Source: a virus
Taxonomy: Duplodnaviria; Caudoviricetes
Virus record (IMG/VR): IMGVR_UViG_3300030372_004329
Location: 1-45,834 of that record
Length of the DNA stretch: 45,834 nucleotides
Direction: 5' to 3' (one strand)
The notes beneath the pieces are model-generated. The model saw only the letters and a list, made by a program, of their open reading frames with translations. It was not told where the DNA came from and made no database searches. Shown one piece after another: positions 17,455 to 27,953 of this stretch. The translations under genes and the position numbers were made by a program. Position 1 is the stretch's first letter; each line of letters starts with the position of its first letter.

Positions 17455-20340
17455 TTACGAGACAATCGCGCGGTCGGTGACACGCCTCCAGTCCGTTCCG
17501 TCAGAAAAGGCGGGGATTGCACCGCCCGTTTCGTCGGTGACGTAGATCATCTGACCCGCCGGGGACACGCTCGGAAGTGTCGCAACCGTATAGCTCTGAA
17601 GGTTGATATCCGGGCGCTCTGCAACCTGCCACCATACCGATCCGTCAAAGCAGAGTGTAACCGTATCCCTGTGTGACAGAACCAGATCCGCAGCGTTGGC
17701 AAGTTCCACGTTGTAGAGAGCCCCATGCTTGACGGTTATAGTGTAGGAGGCGTCAGCGTTCAAAATTGTCAGCCGTTGCCCCACAGGCGCAGACGCTGGT
17801 AGCGCCCCAAGCGTCCTGTCTATGTCGGAAAACAGTTTGGCGAATATGACAGGGTCGTCCCGCTCGTGCAGCGGAATTTCATATCCGTCGCTTGTGATGT
17901 TACGGAGGATAAACTCGGTTCCCCCGTCACCCCCTGCGTGTTCCCAGGACCAACGGCTGTTGTAAAGCTGACTTGCCGCGCCCGTGATCTGCATAGACGA
18001 ACCTGGGTTATCACCCAGCTTTTGCGTCACGAGCCTCAAACCTTCGCCCGCGCTGTGCGAACCGGCTCCGGCTCTGTAGAGGAACGATAGAACGTCGTCA
18101 TCATCCATCAATCGCCATGTCCCGCCGTTCAGGGACGATCCCGTTCCGCCTCCGAGTTCGATGACCCCGTACTCCGTCGCGCCCGATGGGATGTCGCTAA
18201 GGTCCACATTGATCTGGGCGCCGCGCGCGTCGATTTCACTATCAACCGTTTCGATCATGCGTTTATTGTCCACTTCGGCGGGACCGCCGGGCCTCATTGT
18301 AATGTGCCCTTTCAGGGTCAGCGAGGCGCCGTCAACAACGCGCGCCATTTGACCATATTTCCGAGCGCGATAGGTGCCGCCGCTGATCTCAAGGTCGGCA
18401 CCGACAGCGCGAAACGCCTTGTCGTCTACGTCGATTTCGCAGCCATTCGCCCGAATATCGCGTGTCCTCCCGGCTCCGTCTTCCGTGTAGGCGTAAATGC
18501 CGTTCTTGCCGTTAATGCCGCGACAGTTGTTGAGGCGGTGCCCGACACCTCGCGCCACAAACTGCCCGCCGCCGGCTGTACCTCCGGACACAAAGCAATC
18601 GCTGAACGTGATGTAAGCCGAGCCATGATGCGTGTCGAAGCCTGCCTGGGTGTTGCCGTGGCTTTGCCCGGAGACGAGGGCAAAGCAGGCCGGACCATAC
18701 GCTGTTATGTCGCTGCTGTTGGCCGGGATTAGCGAGTGGCTGGTCGTGTAGCCATGCCGGTTCCGCCCGGCCACGACATGCACATTCGCGCCTTGGCTTC
18801 CGTCTCCGACTAGATACCCGTAATTGCCGTTGAACTGATCATTCTGAAGGTCACGTCCGAGGGCGCGAATACGAGGCTCGAAACACCCAAGCGGTCGGAT
18901 CGCCGCGTTGTATGTCTTTTCAATCTCTACATCCACGTCGAGGTCAGAGACTCCGGAGAAGATCATTGCGTTCCCGGTCCAAACGGAATCGTGCCCCTCC
19001 TCATAGCCGATCACGCCCCCTTTCCATTGGTAGTGACGACGCGGCATCCGGGCGATGCGCGGGTTGGTAGTGAAACTCCATTCAATCGGCACCGGGCGGT
19101 CGAGGATTACGTCATTTCCGCTGATGCTTTCAATGAAGCCCATGAAGCCCATACGGTAGTCGTTGGTGCCGTCGCCTGCTCGGGTGCTTTCCATCTTGTC
19201 GTCAGAAACGATCTTAACCAGATCGCCAACGGCATAGGCCGTTCCGTCGGTGACAGAGATGGTCTTGCGTCCGCCCCAATAATCGCCAGCCGTAATGCTG
19301 GAAGTCAGGGACTGAACGGCCTCCCATGCAGGGTCTTCCGCGCGCAGGAAATACACGTCTTCATCGACTGTGATATGCGCACCATCAGCACGGATAAAAC
19401 AACTGTCCGCACCGCCAATTTCCAGACTGGTCGAGGCTGTATAGTTCCCCGGCGGGAGACGAATGACGTGGCCCGGAAAATTCTGCACGGCTCGTGCCAG
19501 CGTTACGTTGATGTCGACGCCATCTGCCGCCGTCCGCAGGGCCAACACGTTGACCTCTTCGTCAGGCTCATATTGCAGCTTGAGCCCGCCGGCGGTTGTG
19601 ATGTGCTCGCCCGACGACACAACCCTATAAGCAAAGCCCTCGGCCCGAGTGCGGATGATCGTGTCGTCCGGCAGCGCGCCGTCAGGAATGCTGCTTGCCA
19701 AAAGGGACGCCGCATCCTTGTAGATCAGACTGAGCGGTTTGAAACGTCGACCGTTCGCCGAAACGATCACCTCCGGGGGGTTGTGGCTACTATCCGTGTC
19801 GGACGGGTCGAGAACCCAGGTTCCGCCTTGCCCGTCGGCCGGCGCCTCTCCGCCACGCAAGGCAAGCGTTTTCACCTTGTCGTTGATGACGGCAAGGTTC
19901 GCATCCGACCAGGTGTCGAATTCCTGGATGCGTTGTTCGGCCTCAACTTCGGCCTGCGTCAAAGACGTTTTGACCCATCCTGTCAGACCCGCAATGTCGG
20001 TGTTCCCGTCATCGTCGAACCGGTAAATGACGCCATCGACAAGAACGGTATCGCCGACCTCGTAAGGGTTGCCTCGAGCGACAGCCGACACGAACCGATC
20101 GAGAGACGAAAACAAATTGCCGTATTCCCACAACCTGACATCGGTGTTCGCGATGGTCTCGTCGAAGGTGATTGTTCCCGGCGGTGCGACCTCGAAATGT
20201 CGACCGCCGGAGATTCCGACGATCTCTTTTTCGTCAACGTCGTCGTAACTCAGGCCGGACAACAAGAGATCGTTCAGAGACTGATACGAAACCCGTCCCG
20301 CTTTGGTGTACCGCTGTTCAACAAACAGGAATGCAACCAT
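17455..20340 (-). CDS. Tail spike / receptor-binding protein, probable beta-helix depolymerase
   Basis: 961 aa at the end of the tail module; DINVTLARAV...IRLPPGNY beta-helix entry motif; C-terminal YTVATLPS..G.MIYV.D...FSDGTDWRR. Confidence 0.7.
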   Translation of the reverse strand: MVAFLFVEQRYTKAGRVSYQSLNDLLLSGLSYDDVDEKEIVGISGGRHFEVAPPGTITFDETIANTDVRLWEYGNLFSSLDRFVSAVARGNPYEVGDTVLVDGVIYRFDDDGNTDIAGLTGWVKTSLTQAEVEAEQRIQEFDTWSDANLAVINDKVKTLALRGGEAPADGQGGTWVLDPSDTDSSHNPPEVIVSANGRRFKPLSLIYKDAASLLASSIPDGALPDDTIIRTRAEGFAYRVVSSGEHITTAGGLKLQYEPDEEVNVLALRTAADGVDINVTLARAVQNFPGHVIRLPPGNYTASTSLEIGGADSCFIRADGAHITVDEDVYFLRAEDPAWEAVQSLTSSITAGDYWGGRKTISVTDGTAYAVGDLVKIVSDDKMESTRAGDGTNDYRMGFMGFIESISGNDVILDRPVPIEWSFTTNPRIARMPRRHYQWKGGVIGYEEGHDSVWTGNAMIFSGVSDLDVDVEIEKTYNAAIRPLGCFEPRIRALGRDLQNDQFNGNYGYLVGDGSQGANVHVVAGRNRHGYTTSHSLIPANSSDITAYGPACFALVSGQSHGNTQAGFDTHHGSAYITFSDCFVSGGTAGGGQFVARGVGHRLNNCRGINGKNGIYAYTEDGAGRTRDIRANGCEIDVDDKAFRAVGADLEISGGTYRARKYGQMARVVDGASLTLKGHITMRPGGPAEVDNKRMIETVDSEIDARGAQINVDLSDIPSGATEYGVIELGGGTGSSLNGGTWRLMDDDDVLSFLYRAGAGSHSAGEGLRLVTQKLGDNPGSSMQITGAASQLYNSRWSWEHAGGDGGTEFILRNITSDGYEIPLHERDDPVIFAKLFSDIDRTLGALPASAPVGQRLTILNADASYTITVKHGALYNVELANAADLVLSHRDTVTLCFDGSVWWQVAERPDINLQSYTVATLPSVSPAGQMIYVTDETGGAIPAFSDGTDWRRVTDRAIVS

Positions 20341-20342
20341 TT

Positions 20343-20486
20343 TCAGTCCTCTTTCGGCACGACGACAAGGCGTCCGTTTTCCACGACCAGTGCACCTGTC
20401 TCCTGGTCCCTGACAAGCCTGTAACCGAACGGCGGGGAAACCGTGTATCGGTCAATCAGGTAATCGAACGTGAACGTGCGAGCCAT
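20343..20486 (-). CDS. Small hypothetical protein, 47 aa (MARTFTFDYLIDRY...)
   Basis: Read manually; fills the gap between the fibre genes almost exactly. Confidence 0.55.
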   Translation of the reverse strand: MARTFTFDYLIDRYTVSPPFGYRLVRDQETGALVVENGRLVVVPKED

Positions 20487-20489
20487 GTG

Positions 20490-21410
20490 TCAGGTCTTGA
20501 TACAATACATCAGGGCAACGTTACGCGGTCGGGTTTCATCATCGCCCGTAACCACGTTGATGCTGTCGGGCTCTTTTCCGGAATCGTTAGCATCACGGTT
20601 GTCAACCGTGATGCCTTCACCGGTTTTCGAAACTCTCGAAAAACCAACCGCAGACGGATTTGTCGCGTTGCGCAGACCCTCGGTTGAACCATCTCCCAGG
20701 AGTCGCTCTACACTGGTCGTCTGGGGCGGGGCCGTAGCGTAATCCTGTTCGCTCGCGAACCCGCGGCTGGGATCGATGCCTCGACCATGGTCCCAGCCGC
20801 GAATGAACTCGCCGCGAAGATCCGGCAGGTTGAAGGTCGTCGACCCGTTGCCCGCCCCGTGGACCGTTCCGATCGTCGAAAACAGGTTGGCGTATACCGA
20901 ACGGCTGACGGCGGAACCGTCGCACTCGAGCCACCCGCCGGGGGCCGTCGACATGGCGAACGGTGCGACCATGCCTGTCAGGCCGGTCTGTTCCGCCACG
21001 GCCCCGCGCAGTTTCTCCGGAGAAATCAGCGACTCCGTCTGGATGACCCCGCCGTTCCAGTCCTCTTGCGACTGAGTCGGAGACGTCCCGGTTGAAATGG
21101 TCGACCAGTTCGAATTGCCGCCGGACGGTTCCGAACCCGTGTTGTCGGCGAGTGCCACCCACAGCGAACCATTATGTCCCACAGCCGCACCAGTGAGGTA
21201 TGTCGTCGAGCCGTTCCAGCGTGCAATACCCCACGACAGCATGTGGTTCAGCTTCTTGCCGAAAACGTTCTGGATCCAGTTCATGAATTCGAACGGGGGT
21301 TTTTCGCCCAGACTCCACCCCTGCGCGGTTTTCGATAAGCCCGGGTCTTGTTTGGTGCCGGTCGCGGCCCAGGTGTCGATTGTGGTGCTGTCACCGATTT
21401 CCTTGACCAT
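20490..21410 (-). CDS. Tail fibre protein with tail-collar domain
   Basis: PGGWLECDGSAVSRSVYANLFSTIGT..G.GSTTFNLPDLRGEFIRGWD...ETRPRNVALMYCIK. Confidence 0.9.
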   Translation of the reverse strand: MVKEIGDSTTIDTWAATGTKQDPGLSKTAQGWSLGEKPPFEFMNWIQNVFGKKLNHMLSWGIARWNGSTTYLTGAAVGHNGSLWVALADNTGSEPSGGNSNWSTISTGTSPTQSQEDWNGGVIQTESLISPEKLRGAVAEQTGLTGMVAPFAMSTAPGGWLECDGSAVSRSVYANLFSTIGTVHGAGNGSTTFNLPDLRGEFIRGWDHGRGIDPSRGFASEQDYATAPPQTTSVERLLGDGSTEGLRNATNPSAVGFSRVSKTGEGITVDNRDANDSGKEPDSINVVTGDDETRPRNVALMYCIKT

Positions 21411-21421
21411 CAGATTTTTCC

Positions 21422-22090
21422 TTATGCGAGTCCGACGAATTCACCGCTCTCGGTGCTGCCGGTTCCTGTCACATCGTCGAAGCCGCCGGGGCCGTCCGAC
21501 GGGGTTACGCTGTAGCTAATGTATCCGAGACGCACGCCCGCGGCTAGTGGCACCGTTTTGCGGATAAGTCGTGCCTCGGTCGGCGACAACGGACGATCGA
21601 CAGACAGGTTGACATATCCGACCCCGTCGAAGAACGACGCGCCTTCACCTAACACTGCTCGCGCGTAGCCGTTCAGGTGATCGAGCGTTGACAACCCGGA
21701 GTTCCCGAATATGGCCGCCCTCAGTAAGACGCGATATTCGTCATCCGGCATCGGGCCCACCACGATTCCGTCAAGACCGGTAAACCGGCCACCTTGATCG
21801 GGACGACCGATCCCCGAGAACCCGGCCCCCGCGTCCGGCCCGTCGAACGAAAACACTTCGGACGGGTCGATTTCTTCAGTGCTAGGTCGCGGTTGCCCGA
21901 CGATCTCGCCGATCCCGTCCAGTTGCTCGCCGAATGATGCGTCGATGTCGAGACGTGTCCGAAGTTCTTCGGTCGCTGCCCCGATGTCTTCGAATTCCGC
22001 AAGGACCGACGCAATCAGCGCCTTGACCTTCGGGCTGTTCTGGTATTGCCAGATCAGCCGCGCCAGACCGTCATCAGTCGAGTAGGACAT
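21422..22090 (-). CDS. Baseplate protein (DUF2612-like)
   Basis: LIWQYQNSP, A.GEQLDGIGEIVG, DDEYR.LL; follows baseplate J. Confidence 0.75.
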   Translation of the reverse strand: MSYSTDDGLARLIWQYQNSPKVKALIASVLAEFEDIGAATEELRTRLDIDASFGEQLDGIGEIVGQPRPSTEEIDPSEVFSFDGPDAGAGFSGIGRPDQGGRFTGLDGIVVGPMPDDEYRVLLRAAIFGNSGLSTLDHLNGYARAVLGEGASFFDGVGYVNLSVDRPLSPTEARLIRKTVPLAAGVRLGYISYSVTPSDGPGGFDDVTGTGSTESGEFVGLA

Positions 22091-23471
22091 TGATGTTCCC
22101 CGCAACGATCTGGAACCGTTGGTTTGTGTCGGCGATCAGATTGTCGGTATCTGCCGGGTTCTGCACGGTTCCGAGGGTGACGGAAGACACATAAGACCGT
22201 TCATCAATCACCAGCGATGCCGGCGTGAACAGGCGGTTCAGGATCAGGTTTTCGCCAATGCCGAATTCTTCGCCGAAATCGACAAGCGCGTTTCGGACAC
22301 GGGCGATATAATCGCCAGGGATCGCCGTCGATGCTGCGATGTTGACCGTGATGTAAACAGGCGTCACGACCGGACGGCTGAAGCGGATTTCGTACGGTTG
22401 CCCGGTGACCTCCGAGTATGCCAATTCGAGTTCGTCGCCGAATGTCCCGATCCCTCCCGCTTTCCTGCGGAATATCACGTCCGCGATTTCGGTGTCGGAC
22501 CCGCCTTCGACGATGCACCAGATGTGCTGCGGCGGCAGTCCGTCCGCGTCCGTAACCTCACCGCTGTTCTCGACCACTAGGGCGTCAAGGACGTCGTCAG
22601 TCTGTCTCAGTTGTGCGGCGATGCCGTCAATCGTGCTGATCGCCCGAAGACGGACGGACTCGTCCCTGCGAACCCTCAGTTCGCCGTCAGTTTCGACATT
22701 ACGTCCCAGCGTCCCGGCAGCCCTATTCGTCACGGCTTGCCAGCCAACGATGGGCGTTTCGATCTCGTCGAGCGATCCGATCGGCAACGCGATCGGGCCC
22801 GTTTCGTCGGCCTGAAATGTCCCTGTCGCAACGACGGTGTCGATCGACAAGTTCACCGATGTCGACACTGACCGCATGTCGGCGAACGTCAGTGTCAAGA
22901 CGCCTTCCGAAATGTCTTCCACCTGGTCGACAGGGATCGCCGCGCCAAGGGCTGTCAGGATCTCGCTTTCCGTTGCGCTGGCGTCTGAAGTCACCGTGTA
23001 ATTCACGCCGTCGATCGTCACCGTGTAGTCCGTCGCATTGGCGACCGATCCGACGCTGATTGTCGCACCATATGCCGTTGCCGTCGCACCCGTCACGCTA
23101 CCCTGAAGCGTGTACGTTTGGGCGCCATCCTTGGCACGACTGCCGGCGGGAACGGTCGTGCCGATCGTGACAGTCAGGTAACCGATCACCGTCGTCGGCA
23201 ATGCGAGTAGCCGCTCGATCCCGTTCAGGGCGACCAGCAGGTCAAGCGAATTCCCCGATGCGCTGCCCGGGTATTGCGATTGATAAATATCCTCGAGCAA
23301 CGCCCAGGTTTCGGCGAAAGCCTCGGACTCAATGCCGATCAGTTGCCCGATGATCGTTTCGGGCGAGAAATTCAGGTCCGTTCCGAACTGGTCGCGAAAC
23401 TCCTGTTCGAGTTCCTGCTTGATTTCGGGCAGACGCTTGCTCAGAAACCCTTCGGCTGTCAGTCCGGTCAT
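22074..23471 (-). CDS. Baseplate J/gp47-family protein
   Basis: A.G.SLD.L..L.G..R, ETDGELR.R, LPPQHIWCIVEGG. Confidence 0.85.
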   Translation of the reverse strand: MTGLTAEGFLSKRLPEIKQELEQEFRDQFGTDLNFSPETIIGQLIGIESEAFAETWALLEDIYQSQYPGSASGNSLDLLVALNGIERLLALPTTVIGYLTVTIGTTVPAGSRAKDGAQTYTLQGSVTGATATAYGATISVGSVANATDYTVTIDGVNYTVTSDASATESEILTALGAAIPVDQVEDISEGVLTLTFADMRSVSTSVNLSIDTVVATGTFQADETGPIALPIGSLDEIETPIVGWQAVTNRAAGTLGRNVETDGELRVRRDESVRLRAISTIDGIAAQLRQTDDVLDALVVENSGEVTDADGLPPQHIWCIVEGGSDTEIADVIFRRKAGGIGTFGDELELAYSEVTGQPYEIRFSRPVVTPVYITVNIAASTAIPGDYIARVRNALVDFGEEFGIGENLILNRLFTPASLVIDERSYVSSVTLGTVQNPADTDNLIADTNQRFQIVAGNINVLLD

Positions 23472-23830
23472 ATTGCAAGCCTCACGATCTCGTCGATTTC
23501 CGCGCCTGTCACCGTGGTCGCGATGAACGACACCGATATACCACGCTCGCCGCTTTGTGCCAATTCGAAGCCGGTCAGGTCCGTCACGCCCGGCGTCTCG
23601 CGAATGCGGGTCTTCAAGATGTCTTCGACGATATACTGTCGTTGACCCTTGACCAGAATTTCTTCCCACCACGGCGTTCCGGACGCCAGGTCAAGGAACC
23701 ATTCTTGCGTGAAGTGTAGCAACCGCTGCCTGATGTTCTGAACGATCGCCGCAGGGTCATTCACCGTCGACACGTCGCGGCCGGAGATGACAAGGTCGTG
23801 CGTTTCGGGGTTTAGTAACAAATCACGCAT
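23468..23830 (-). CDS. Baseplate wedge / sheath initiator (gp25-like)
   Basis: QNIRQRL..F..EWFLD...G.P; I..TPGV. Confidence 0.7.
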   Translation of the reverse strand: MRDLLLNPETHDLVISGRDVSTVNDPAAIVQNIRQRLLHFTQEWFLDLASGTPWWEEILVKGQRQYIVEDILKTRIRETPGVTDLTGFELAQSGERGISVSFIATTVTGAEIDEIVRLAI

Positions 23831-24369
23831 CAGACCGGCGTCCCTGTGTTACTCGGACCAGCCACGACGCCGCTGTGGATGTGCGTGTCGCCGATGTCGG
23901 TTCCATTGTGTGTGATTGTCCCGCCTTCGATCGTCACACCGTCACTGCTGACCGTGAACGTCACACCGCCCATCTTCAGAACGATGCCGTCGGATGGCGT
24001 GCCGTTCGGGTCCATGCCGACAAACGCCATCGCATCGGCAAGCCCGTGGTGCCGCGGGTCGGCCGGTGTCACGGTCCCGCCGCCGCCTTTCCACTCGTCC
24101 AGTGATCGTTCGGAGAAAACCAGAACGCACGGATCACCGGACTTGACCGGCCAGGTGATCGACGCGCCGCCGCCGTTCGGAAACCAGATCGGGATGTTCG
24201 GCACGATCGGCAATTCTTCGGTGCGACCGTCGCGCAATTGGCGGTTCAACGACGGCTTGACATTCACGCGCGATCCGTTCACCGACGCGACGGTTCCCGG
24301 GATTGCGGTGTGGATGTTTTCGAGGTTGGCTGCCATGGCGGCTTCCAGCAGGTTTCCAAGATCGCTCAT
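23830..24369 (-). CDS. Baseplate spike protein (Gp138/gpV-like)
   Basis: IHTAIPG, PV..GD.C.LVFSERS.D.W; C-terminal HIHSGV metal-binding tip. Confidence 0.85.
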   Translation of the reverse strand: MSDLGNLLEAAMAANLENIHTAIPGTVASVNGSRVNVKPSLNRQLRDGRTEELPIVPNIPIWFPNGGGASITWPVKSGDPCVLVFSERSLDEWKGGGGTVTPADPRHHGLADAMAFVGMDPNGTPSDGIVLKMGGVTFTVSSDGVTIEGGTITHNGTDIGDTHIHSGVVAGPSNTGTPV

Positions 24370-25205
24370 CGTTCGACCACCTCGATTCGAGATTCCCACG
24401 CATCGCCGCGCGTGTCGCCGTTGTGGTCGACCTTACGAATGCGGAATTCCGCTTCACTATAATCTTGACTGTCGATTACGACCAGCCCGCCCGGCTCATA
24501 GAGCGGGTTCAGCAAGGTCGTCACCATGATCCCAGGCGCTTCCTTGTCTTCCTTCAGGTCGTCACGGTTGTCGTCCATCGGTTCAGGACTTCCGATCAGC
24601 CCCGTCTGTGGTGTGATCAGGATCGCATCTGTCGTGTTCACACCGCGGCGTTCCGTCACCTGAATTTCCTCGTTCTGGATCGACCAGGACAGCCCGAACC
24701 GGCGGGTCACGGCGGACATCGCGTCACGCGCCGGTCCGACGAACGCCCATCCGCTTTGAAACTTTCCCGACAGGTCAGCCGCGGTGTCGCGAAGTTCCAG
24801 ACCGAACCGATCCGCGATGTCTTCGATGATCTGCCGCGCGCTGACGGCGCCGTCGTAGGACAGCGAGGCACGCGACGTCGCCAGCGTCAGCAGCCCATCA
24901 CCGCAGGTGGCGGTGGTGATCCGGTCCGGTGTTGCAAGCTTCGTGCTGCCACGTGTGATGTCGCCGACAGCGATCTGACGGATCTCGCCGCCCATGTACC
25001 CCGCAGTCAGAATGACCCGGTTGTCCGTCGTTTCCAGAACCTTCCGCGTGTCGGGCGCGGCGTTGTAGATTTGCACGTCCATCGTGTTCGCTTCAGCGTC
25101 GTCGGTCTTCGTGACTGAAAACGTGATCCTATGACCGCTGATAGACAGTCCTTGTCCGCCCGGCGGTCCTACGGTGACATTTGCAATGCGTCCGAAGTTC
25201 GTCAC
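24366..25205 (-). CDS. Baseplate hub protein
   Basis: Synteny; WSIQN, TGLIGSP, H.GDTRG..W motifs. Confidence 0.75.
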   Translation of the reverse strand: MTNFGRIANVTVGPPGGQGLSISGHRITFSVTKTDDAEANTMDVQIYNAAPDTRKVLETTDNRVILTAGYMGGEIRQIAVGDITRGSTKLATPDRITTATCGDGLLTLATSRASLSYDGAVSARQIIEDIADRFGLELRDTAADLSGKFQSGWAFVGPARDAMSAVTRRFGLSWSIQNEEIQVTERRGVNTTDAILITPQTGLIGSPEPMDDNRDDLKEDKEAPGIMVTTLLNPLYEPGGLVVIDSQDYSEAEFRIRKVDHNGDTRGDAWESRIEVVER

Positions 25206-25540
25206 GCGTCCGCCCCGCTCAGATCTGCAACCTCATCGGCGGTGATGTACGCCAGTACAGCCCGACCTTCCGTGAAATCGGTATATTCGTCACCGCGCGC
25301 GCCGGTGTCGTAAACGAACAGATCACCTGGCGGCAATTCGAGGTTCTGGAATTGCCGCAGCAGCGCCTGTCCTCGGACGAGACGCAACCCCGCCACCAGC
25401 AGGCGTTCACCCCGCGTCAGGACGTCGAGTGACCACGTGTTCGCCGATACGTTCCACCGTGCCCGAAGTTTGTAGGTCTTGCCGTCCAGCTTCACGGACT
25501 GAACCCAGCCCGGGGCGTCGGGGAACACGATGCGCTGCAT
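25202..25540 (-). CDS. Baseplate plug-like protein
   Basis: Synteny; LDG.TY.LR.RWN....W.LD motif. Confidence 0.65.
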   Translation of the reverse strand: MQRIVFPDAPGWVQSVKLDGKTYKLRARWNVSANTWSLDVLTRGERLLVAGLRLVRGQALLRQFQNLELPPGDLFVYDTGARGDEYTDFTEGRAVLAYITADEVADLSGADA

Positions 25541-26145
25541 TAGAATATCCTCGATAGCAGAGACCCCGACGAATTCGATGACCCGGACGATCCGGCAGAA
25601 CCGCCCGTTACAGACGACGTCGGAATGCTTGCCGTAGGCTGCTGTCCCGCGTTCACACCGTTCGCTGCGGTGCGCGGGTTCGTGACATTTCCGGACGCCA
25701 GTGACGAGTCAGCAGAGTTGCCGCCTTGCACGGTCGTGGCGGCTGCCGAAGTCAGCGTGATTTCCTTCATGGTCGCGCTGAACCGCAGGGCGCCTTCCAG
25801 CGTCTTCGGCATCGTCAGGGACTCGAACGCCATCCGAGGGTAAACGTGCAGCCCGGAAATCACGACCGTTGGTAAACCTTGCGACCATGTCAGGTCGAGC
25901 AATTCATACGCACCTTGCACGCCGAACGATGACCCAATCAATGGTGTGTCTGTCACGTAACCTTCTATCGTCAGTTTCCGCGGCATGCGGGCGATATGAT
26001 CCTGCATCATTGAACCGCCCTCGATTGGATGGTCTGTAATGCGGCTTGATCGATCGTGAATTTCCGACAGCGTGGCATCAAGCCTCAGAAGCCCGATGCG
26101 GTTCCGAAAGCCGGCGGCGCGAAACAGGAGAGACAGAAGCGCCAT
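25540..26145 (-). CDS. Dit-like / tail tube initiator protein
   Basis: LDATLSE.H....TDHPIE.G...DH; follows the tape measure gene. Confidence 0.7.
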   Translation of the reverse strand: MALLSLLFRAAGFRNRIGLLRLDATLSEIHDRSSRITDHPIEGGSMMQDHIARMPRKLTIEGYVTDTPLIGSSFGVQGAYELLDLTWSQGLPTVVISGLHVYPRMAFESLTMPKTLEGALRFSATMKEITLTSAAATTVQGGNSADSSLASGNVTNPRTAANGVNAGQQPTASIPTSSVTGGSAGSSGSSNSSGSLLSRIF

Positions 26146-27953
26146 TATTCAGCCCTCGGATAATTCATCATCGTCTTCCGGATCTCATTTCCCAGAAGGT
26201 CACTGAACATCTGCTGGGCGTTAGTCCGAAGGATCTCGACTTGATCAGACGGCGTGCCGGGCGGAACCTGCATCGTGACATTGGCGGTCAGGTTGTTCGT
26301 GACCCCTCCACCGCCGGACGACGCCGACAGCGTGCCTCCCATCAGTGACGATGCCTGTGACGCCATGCCCAGCATCGACCGTAGTGCACGGTTCGTCGCC
26401 ACGAACGCGGACCGGGACGGAAAGATCGCTTCCGTGCCACGTTCGTTGATCGCGTAACCCATGCCGCCAGTGATGTTACCGCCCAACATGCGACCGTTGT
26501 TCGTCAGGGCGTCCCAATTCCCTTGATACGGATTGATGCCCTTGTTTTCGAGCGCCTGAATTCGACTCAGGGTTTCCTGTTCGCCCTGGTTCGTGGCGGT
26601 CGGCGTCACGATTAAACCAGCGGCAAGCCCCGGAACGCTGCCAGCCGCCGCAGCGGCGCCACGAAGCACGCCCAGTCCTTTGACCGCACCACTGGCCGCC
26701 AGTGCCGTCAGACCACCGGCAAGCGTCGTCAGCCCGCCGCCCAGCGCGGCTGTGGCGGTCGCAAATGCGCCGACCGCCAGTCGGTATCCGACCAGTCCGG
26801 CGAGAACGGTCGTCAGGCTGGAAATTCCGGAGATCAGGTTTTCAGGAACACCGATCGACGCAAGGAAGTTCTCGAACGCGTCCTGCATCGCGCCGACTTT
26901 TTCGACGAACTGGTCGTAGGGTCCGAACAGCCTGCCAATCAACGATTCCTGACCGGACACCCATGCGGCGAGATCGTCGAGAACCAGGAACGCCACAAAC
27001 CCTTTCATCGCAATCCGCGCGAGACGGGAATACCGCCATAGGCTCAGGATCGCGGCGGCAAGCGGAATTGCCGCGGATTCCAGCGTGTCGAACTCGCCCG
27101 CCAACGTCATCACGACATCGGCGACACGTCCGCCTGCTGTGAACAGCCGGTCCAGGAACCCTGAAATCTCGGCAATTGCCGTGTCGACCCCTTGGCCGAT
27201 CACCTCGGCGTTCGCATCGTACCAGTCCAGAAACGCGTCGGTCGTCGCGTTGATGCGCGGCAGCAACTGTTCGCCGATCTGGAAACGCAAGCCTTGCGCG
27301 ATTAGTCCCAGCGACTTCAGGTTGCGATGGAATTCCTCACCCTGCTTGATCGCTTCGTCGGACAGGATCGCGCCGTAACGTTCGGCAGCGTCGGCGATTT
27401 CGTTCAAGCCGGATGCGTTGTTCCGCAGGAGTGGCAGGAGCGCGGTGGATTCGTCCGCGATCGACTCCATGTAGAACGTTAGTTCAGCTTGCGTCAGGTT
27501 CGCTTTTTCAAGCGTGTCGACATATAGCTGCAGCGCCTGCGGACCGGATAGATTTCGGAACTGTTCGGCAGTCACCCCGACTTTCGGCGCGACGTTTTCG
27601 AAAAACTGCGCCATTTCACCGCCGCCGGTCGACAGAAAGTCACCGACACGGTCGTTCATGTCCTTCAGGATGTCGGACAGTTTTTCGTTTTCGATGCCAA
27701 CGGTCTGGGCGCCGACCGCGAACCGCTGGAATTCCTTTGTGGAAGCGTTCGCTAGACGGGATGCACGAGCGATCTCGCGTCCAGCGTCTGCCGTCTGCCT
27801 CGCCATGGTACCCAGCGCCGCGCCAGCCACGCCCGCGGCGGACACGACTGCAAGAGCTGCGGCACGGACACTGCGCAATGCCTTTTCGTGGCGTTCGGCG
27901 GACCGGTTGTCGGCGTCAAAGCCCAGCCGGGTAATGAGTTCGCGAACGATCAT
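26145..27953 (-). CDS. Tape measure protein
   Basis: Ala-rich helical protein, MIVRELITRLGF start, follows the tail chaperones. Confidence 0.85.
   Translation of the reverse strand: MIVRELITRLGFDADNRSAERHEKALRSVRAAALAVVSAAGVAGAALGTMARQTADAGREIARASRLANASTKEFQRFAVGAQTVGIENEKLSDILKDMNDRVGDFLSTGGGEMAQFFENVAPKVGVTAEQFRNLSGPQALQLYVDTLEKANLTQAELTFYMESIADESTALLPLLRNNASGLNEIADAAERYGAILSDEAIKQGEEFHRNLKSLGLIAQGLRFQIGEQLLPRINATTDAFLDWYDANAEVIGQGVDTAIAEISGFLDRLFTAGGRVADVVMTLAGEFDTLESAAIPLAAAILSLWRYSRLARIAMKGFVAFLVLDDLAAWVSGQESLIGRLFGPYDQFVEKVGAMQDAFENFLASIGVPENLISGISSLTTVLAGLVGYRLAVGAFATATAALGGGLTTLAGGLTALAASGAVKGLGVLRGAAAAAGSVPGLAAGLIVTPTATNQGEQETLSRIQALENKGINPYQGNWDALTNNGRMLGGNITGGMGYAINERGTEAIFPSRSAFVATNRALRSMLGMASQASSLMGGTLSASSGGGGVTNNLTANVTMQVPPGTPSDQVEILRTNAQQMFSDLLGNEIRKTMMNYPRAE

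Noticed and set aside
17455-20340. Diversity-generating retroelement target
   Set aside because: No reverse transcriptase and no template/variable repeat pair seen.
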